A DNA stretch of 64,000 nucleotides from an uncultured Pelagibacteraceae bacterium (GTDB lineage Bacteria; Pseudomonadota; Alphaproteobacteria; Pelagibacterales; Pelagibacteraceae), in assembly GCA_902603555.1 (NCBI GenBank), contig CACKVD010000004.1, positions 5,622 to 69,621 on the forward strand, in the 5' to 3' direction. This document shows, piece by piece, positions 59,290 to 64,000 of the stretch (position 1 is its first letter; each line of letters opens with the position of its first letter). Under the pieces are notes generated by a model. It ran no database searches and was not told the origin of the DNA. It worked only from the letters and a program-made list of their open reading frames with translations. Both the position numbers and the translations under genes were made by a program.

Positions 59290-60630
59290 ATGAAAAGAAT
59301 TTTTATAATAATCTTATTTCTTATTTTGCCTACTAAAGCCTTTGCTTTGATTGAGGTCGATATTACTAGGGGTAATTTAAACCCTCTTCCCATAGCTGTA
59401 TCCCCTTTATCAATTGATGAAAATTCAAGACAGAATTTTGAAAAAATCCTTAAAAAAAAAAATATAGGTATAGAAATTTCAGCAGTTGTTGAAAAAAATT
59501 TGAAAACTTCGGGATTGTTTAATCCATTAAATAAAGATGCTTTTCTTCAAGAGCCAGATATTGCAAATCTTAAACCAAGATTTGAAGATTGGAATCTAAT
59601 TAAAGCCCAAGCATTAATTACAGGGAATGTAAATTTTATTGATGATAAGTTAAGGGTTGAGTTTAGATTGTGGGATGTTCTTGCTGGAAAAGAAATGATG
59701 GCCCTTGCTTTTACGACGGTTCCAAATAACTGGAGAAGAGTAGGCCACATTATAACAGATAAAGTTTACGAACGTTTAACAGGTGAAAAAGGTTATTTTG
59801 ATACAAGAATAATTTATGTAGCTGAAGAAGGTCCAAAAACTAGAAGAATAAAAAAACTTGCAATTATGGATCAAGATGGAGAAAATAATAAATTTTTAAC
59901 TTTAGGAAATGAGCTTGTATTAACACCTAGGTTTAATCCCACAAGTCAAATGGTTACCTATTTATCTTATTTCAGAAACTTACCTAGAGTTTACCTTTTA
60001 GATATCGAAACAGGAATGCAAGAGGTGGTCGGTGATTTTCCTGGAATGACTTTTGCACCAAGATTTTCCCCAGATGGAAAAAAAATTATAATGAGTTTTG
60101 CTAAAGATGGTAATTCAGATATATACACTATGGATTTAGAAAATAGAATTGTTGAAAAAATAACCAATCATCCTTCAATAGATACTTCACCCTCATATTC
60201 TCCAGATGGAAAATATATTTGTTTTAACTCTGATAGGAGTGGCTATCAACAAATTTATATTATGAAAAAAGATGGTAGTAATGTTAAAAGAATTTCTTTT
60301 GGAAGAGGATTATACGGAACACCAGTTTGGTCTCCAAGAGGAGATTTAATTGCATTTACCAAATTACATAAAGGAAAATTTTATATTGGAGTAATGAGGA
60401 CGGATGGAAGTGGAGAAAGATTGTTGACAGAAAATTTTTATCAAGAAGCACCTTCATGGTCACCCAATGGTAGGGTTTTAATTTTTTATAGGGAAACTAA
60501 AACTAATGATAAGGGAGAAGGTTTTTCCGCTAAATTATGGTCTATTGATTTAACTGGCTATAATGAGAGGCTTGTAACTACCCCAACGGATGCATCAGAC
60601 CCATCATGGTCATCTTTATTAAGTAATTAA
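59290..60630 (+). CDS. tolB: TolB
   Basis: Signal peptide, [12 protein letters not shown], repeated P.FSPDG / P.WSP propeller motifs. Confidence 0.96.
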   Translation: MKRIFIIILFLILPTKAFALIEVDITRGNLNPLPIAVSPLSIDENSRQNFEKILKKKNIGIEISAVVEKNLKTSGLFNPLNKDAFLQEPDIANLKPRFEDWNLIKAQALITGNVNFIDDKLRVEFRLWDVLAGKEMMALAFTTVPNNWRRVGHIITDKVYERLTGEKGYFDTRIIYVAEEGPKTRRIKKLAIMDQDGENNKFLTLGNELVLTPRFNPTSQMVTYLSYFRNLPRVYLLDIETGMQEVVGDFPGMTFAPRFSPDGKKIIMSFAKDGNSDIYTMDLENRIVEKITNHPSIDTSPSYSPDGKYICFNSDRSGYQQIYIMKKDGSNVKRISFGRGLYGTPVWSPRGDLIAFTKLHKGKFYIGVMRTDGSGERLLTENFYQEAPSWSPNGRVLIFYRETKTNDKGEGFSAKLWSIDLTGYNERLVTTPTDASDPSWSSLLSN

Positions 60631-60714
60631 ACACTATTATCTTGATTTTTTAACTTGAAACATCTAATTAGTTGTGAAAAAGTAAGAATAAGAAATATTG
60701 ATCAAGGAGCAATA

Positions 60715-61194
60715 ATGAAACTAAACAAAATTCTAAAAAACGCTTTTTTAATAACAGTTGCATGTTTAGCACTATCTGCATGTGCAACATCAAAGAAATC
60801 AACAGGACAAATGCAAGGTGACGTATACACAGGAACAGACACTGTTGAATACTTAGCTTCAGGAGTTCCTGATAGAGTTTTCTTCGCAACAAACGAGTCA
60901 GTTTTAACTACGGCTTCAAGAGAGACATTAAGAAAACAGGCAGCTTGGTTAAGAAAAAATTCTGATATCACTATTGTTCTAGAAGGACATGCTGATGAAA
61001 GAGGTACAAGAGAGTATAACTTGGCTTTAGGTGAAAGAAGAGCAAATGCTGCAAAAGACTATTTGATGACTTACGGAATTTCTTCAAACAGAATATCTGT
61101 TTTAAGTTATGGTAAAGAAAGACCTGTGGACTCAGGATCAAATCCTTTAGCATGGTCAAAAAATAGAAGATCAGTATCAGTTAAAGCAAATTAA
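60715..61194 (+). CDS. pal: Peptidoglycan-associated lipoprotein
   Basis: AAGGAG SD then ATG 60715; lipobox LSAC; EGHADERGTREYNLALGERRA, SYGKERP, NRR. Confidence 0.95.
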   Translation: MKLNKILKNAFLITVACLALSACATSKKSTGQMQGDVYTGTDTVEYLASGVPDRVFFATNESVLTTASRETLRKQAAWLRKNSDITIVLEGHADERGTREYNLALGERRANAAKDYLMTYGISSNRISVLSYGKERPVDSGSNPLAWSKNRRSVSVKAN

Positions 61195-61206
61195 TTATTA
61201 TATTTT

Positions 61207-61246
61207 AAAGACCCTTGTTTATTAAATGAACGAGGGTCTTTTTTTT
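61207..61246 (+). terminator. Rho-independent terminator after pal
   Basis: AAAGACCCTTGTTTA / TGAACGAGGGTCTTT inverted repeat (with G-U pairs) followed by a T-run. Confidence 0.8.
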
Positions 61247-61273
61247 GCCATTATTTTAATCATAACCTGAGTT

Positions 61274-62275
61274 ATGAAGTTTTACCTTAAGAAATTAATT
61301 TTAAAATTATCTTTTATAGTTAATTTTTTTTTATTAATTTGTTCAATTTCATTTGCAGATAATCATAATATTTATGAAACTTTAGAACAAATTCAGAAAG
61401 ATATTAAAACTTTAGAAAAAGCAGTTTATTCGAGCTCAGCTCAATTAAATAACATAAATAACAATAGCTCATCTGATAATTCAAGTATTAATTCTGAAGA
61501 TGTTTTAACTAGACACTTATTAAAACTTTCTGAAATAGAAAATCAGTTTCAACAATTAACAAATAAATTTGAGGAAATAAATTTTAAGTTAGATAAATTG
61601 TCAAACAGAATGTCAAAAGTTCAGTCAGACAATCAGTTGAGATTTCAAGATTTAGAGAGCTCTTTATTATCTGATGGAAGTAATAAAAAAATTGTGAAAA
61701 AGGCTAATGAAAATAATGATGAAGAGTTACCTGGAAGTTCTAAACCACAAGATCTTGGATCAATATCTTATAAAGATACTTCTTCAAATGAAACATCACA
61801 AAAAACACAATCAATTGATACCACTGCGACAATTGTTACTGAAAATTTTCAATCAGAGGAAAAGATACTTCCAAATGAAAGTCCAGATAAACAATATGAA
61901 TTTGCTACAAGTTTTTTAAAAGTTGGAGATTACCCAACTGCAGAAAGAGCATTTAGAGAATTTGTAATAACTAATCCAGAACATAACTTAGCTGGTAATG
62001 CTCAATATTGGTATGCAGAAACTTTTAGAATTAGACAACTTTATACTGATGCAGCATCAGCTTATTTAGAAGGTTACCAAAAATATCCAAAGGGAGAAAA
62101 AGCTCCTATAAATTTATTAAAGCTTGGTGTATCTATGATACAGATTGGAGAAAAAGATCAAGGTTGTAAAATGATAAATGGTGTTGAAAAACAATACCCT
62201 AAAGCAAATCAATCTGTAATACAAAAAGCTAAATATGAGTCTCAAAAGTTTGAGTGTAAAAATCAAAATTCCTAA
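61274..62275 (+). CDS. cpoB: Tol-pal system protein CpoB/YbgF
   Basis: Signal peptide, coiled coil, C-terminal TPR (LAGNAQYWYAE, YP...KAP..LLKLG). Confidence 0.88.
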   Translation: MKFYLKKLILKLSFIVNFFLLICSISFADNHNIYETLEQIQKDIKTLEKAVYSSSAQLNNINNNSSSDNSSINSEDVLTRHLLKLSEIENQFQQLTNKFEEINFKLDKLSNRMSKVQSDNQLRFQDLESSLLSDGSNKKIVKKANENNDEELPGSSKPQDLGSISYKDTSSNETSQKTQSIDTTATIVTENFQSEEKILPNESPDKQYEFATSFLKVGDYPTAERAFREFVITNPEHNLAGNAQYWYAETFRIRQLYTDAASAYLEGYQKYPKGEKAPINLLKLGVSMIQIGEKDQGCKMINGVEKQYPKANQSVIQKAKYESQKFECKNQNS

Positions 62276-63260
62276 ACTTCTTAAGGAAAAATTAAACAAT
62301 AAGAAAATTAAACAAACTTATAAAAATTTTGAAAACTTTCTTAATATTAATCAAAATTTTGTGGTGTCAGTCTCAGGTGGAGCAGACAGTCTGGCATTAG
62401 CTTTCCTAGCGAAGATATACTCGATTAAAAAGAGACTTAATCCTAAATTCTTAATAATTGATCATAAATTAAGACCTGAGTCCTCTAAAGAAGCAAAATT
62501 AGTTAAAAAGGTTTTAAAAAGATTATTTATTCATGCTGATATTTTAAGCTGGAAAGGAAAAAAACCAACAAATAATGTTCAGTCTTTAGCTAGAAAAAAA
62601 AGGTACGAATTACTTTTCGCTTATTGTGATAGATTTAAGATAAACAATATTTTAATCGGACATCACAGAGATGATTTATTTGAAAATTTTTTTATTAGAA
62701 TGTTGAGGGGAAGTGGATTAAATGGACTTGTATCTTTAAACACAAAAAGTAAAATTAGTAATAAGAATTTGTTAAGACCTTTATTAAATCAAAATAAAGA
62801 AGATTTAGAATATATTTCAAAAAAAGTTTTTAATTTTTATGTAAATGATCCAACGAATAAAGATGAAAAATATCTAAGAATAAGGATTAGAAAATTAATT
62901 TTTGACCTTCAGAAAAATGGTTTAGATAAAAACAAATTTCTTAAAACAATTAAAAACTTAAAAGCCTCTAATTTTGTTGTAGATTTTTATGTAAAGCAAA
63001 ATTTGCTTAATAACACTTTTTTTTCTAATAAAAATAATCAATTAATTTTAAATAAAAATTTTTTTCAACAACCTCACGAAATTATATTTAGAGCATTTTC
63101 AGAATCGATAAAACTTATTGGCAAAAGGTATTACTCGGTTAGGGGAAAAAAGCTAGATAACATTATTGACCATATTAGTAATGATAAATTTTTCAAGGTA
63201 ACTTTAGGGGGATGTATCATTAAAAAGGTTAATCAGACGGTAATTATTTCAAAAGAGTAA
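62235..63260 (+). CDS. tilS: tRNA(Ile)-lysidine synthase
   Basis: VSGGADS, DH.LR, AR..RY, GHH.DD..E, RGSG, RPLL, DPTN....Y.R. Confidence 0.93.
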   Translation: MSLKSLSVKIKIPKLLKEKLNNKKIKQTYKNFENFLNINQNFVVSVSGGADSLALAFLAKIYSIKKRLNPKFLIIDHKLRPESSKEAKLVKKVLKRLFIHADILSWKGKKPTNNVQSLARKKRYELLFAYCDRFKINNILIGHHRDDLFENFFIRMLRGSGLNGLVSLNTKSKISNKNLLRPLLNQNKEDLEYISKKVFNFYVNDPTNKDEKYLRIRIRKLIFDLQKNGLDKNKFLKTIKNLKASNFVVDFYVKQNLLNNTFFSNKNNQLILNKNFFQQPHEIIFRAFSESIKLIGKRYYSVRGKKLDNIIDHISNDKFFKVTLGGCIIKKVNQTVIISKE

Positions 63261-63325
63261 TAATTATTGCGACATTAATCAAAATTGCCCCTTGTTTAAT
63301 TTATAATTATTCTTATTTTAAAGAT

Positions 63326-64000
63326 ATGAATATGAAAAATATAGCAATGTGGGCAATTATAGTTTTTTTAACTATTGGTCTTTATAATATGTTTAAAAAC
63401 CCTCAGTCAAATACTCGAGGAAGCAATCAAGTTATATTTTCAGAATTTTTAACTTCTGTTGATAATGGAGAAGTTTTAAAAGTCGAAATCCAAGGAAACA
63501 ATATAAAAGGTGTTTATTCTAATGGAAATAGTTTTACAACCTATTCACCTAATGATCCAAACCTAATTGAAAAACTTTCTGATAAGGGCGTAAGCATATC
63601 TGCGGCACCAATTGATGAAAAAATGCCATCATTATTTGGAGTTCTACTTTCCTGGTTTCCAATGTTATTGTTAATTGCTGTTTGGATTTTTTTCATGAGA
63701 CAAATGCAAGGTGGCAAAGGTGGAGCAATGGGGTTTGGAAGATCAAAAGCTAAAATGATGAATGAGCTTAAAGGAAAAGTTACCTTCAATGATGTTGCTG
63801 GCGTCGAAGAAGCTAAAGAAGAAGTTGAGGAAATAGTTGAATTTTTAAAAGACCCCAAAAAATTTAGTAGGCTTGGTGGTAAAATCCCAAGAGGTGCTTT
63901 ATTGGTTGGACCTCCTGGAACAGGTAAAACATTATTAGCCAGAGCTATTGCTGGAGAAGCAGATGTTCCTTTTTTTACAATCTCTGGATCAGACTTTGTT
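63326..64000 (+). CDS. ftsH: ATP-dependent metalloprotease FtsH, 5' part, runs off window (not in ORF track)
   Basis: [13 protein letters not shown]..., [47 protein letters not shown], Walker A GPPGTGKT. Confidence 0.96.
   Translation, partial: MNMKNIAMWAIIVFLTIGLYNMFKNPQSNTRGSNQVIFSEFLTSVDNGEVLKVEIQGNNIKGVYSNGNSFTTYSPNDPNLIEKLSDKGVSISAAPIDEKMPSLFGVLLSWFPMLLLIAVWIFFMRQMQGGKGGAMGFGRSKAKMMNELKGKVTFNDVAGVEEAKEEVEEIVEFLKDPKKFSRLGGKIPRGALLVGPPGTGKTLLARAIAGEADVPFFTISGSDFV

Noticed and set aside
61260-61270. 11-nt match (TCATAACCTGA) to the tRNA-fMet anticodon arm as a possible att site
   Set aside because: Too short, opposite orientation to the tRNA gene, no integrase, and flanked by core genes

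Overview
Very AT-rich, densely packed window from a streamlined alphaproteobacterium, most likely SAR11/Pelagibacterales. This assignment is inferred from gene content, tiny intergenic gaps and a solitary 5S rRNA. Positions 1-41.5 kb are the distal part of a large surface-glycan island like the SAR11 HVR2 region, which lies between the 23S and 5S rRNA genes. The island holds a legionaminic-type nonulosonic acid pathway with two formyltransferases, a PIG-L deacetylase, extra oxidoreductases and an amidotransferase/HisF/HisH trio. It also carries PseB, CDP-glucose and GDP-fucose modules, methyl-, acyl- and carbamoyl-transferases, WecA, two ligase/polymerase-like proteins, Wzx, and an uncharacterised WavE / mini-phosphodiesterase / HAD-nucleotidyltransferase module. 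The island ends at a stand-alone 5S rRNA gene (41652-41767). Core genome follows: rpmJ and cytochrome oxidase subunit IV (both missed by the ORF track), pntAB, tRNA-fMet, the tkt-gap-pgk-fba-thiE-efp-suhB-rpmE-trcR-rpsU block, zapA-ygfA-ymdB-yebC, an atypical MOC1/phage-type resolvase standing where ruvCAB normally is, tol-pal, cpoB, tilS and the 5' part of ftsH. I saw no CRISPR array, integrase or IS element. All family calls come from motif recognition by eye; no database search was run.
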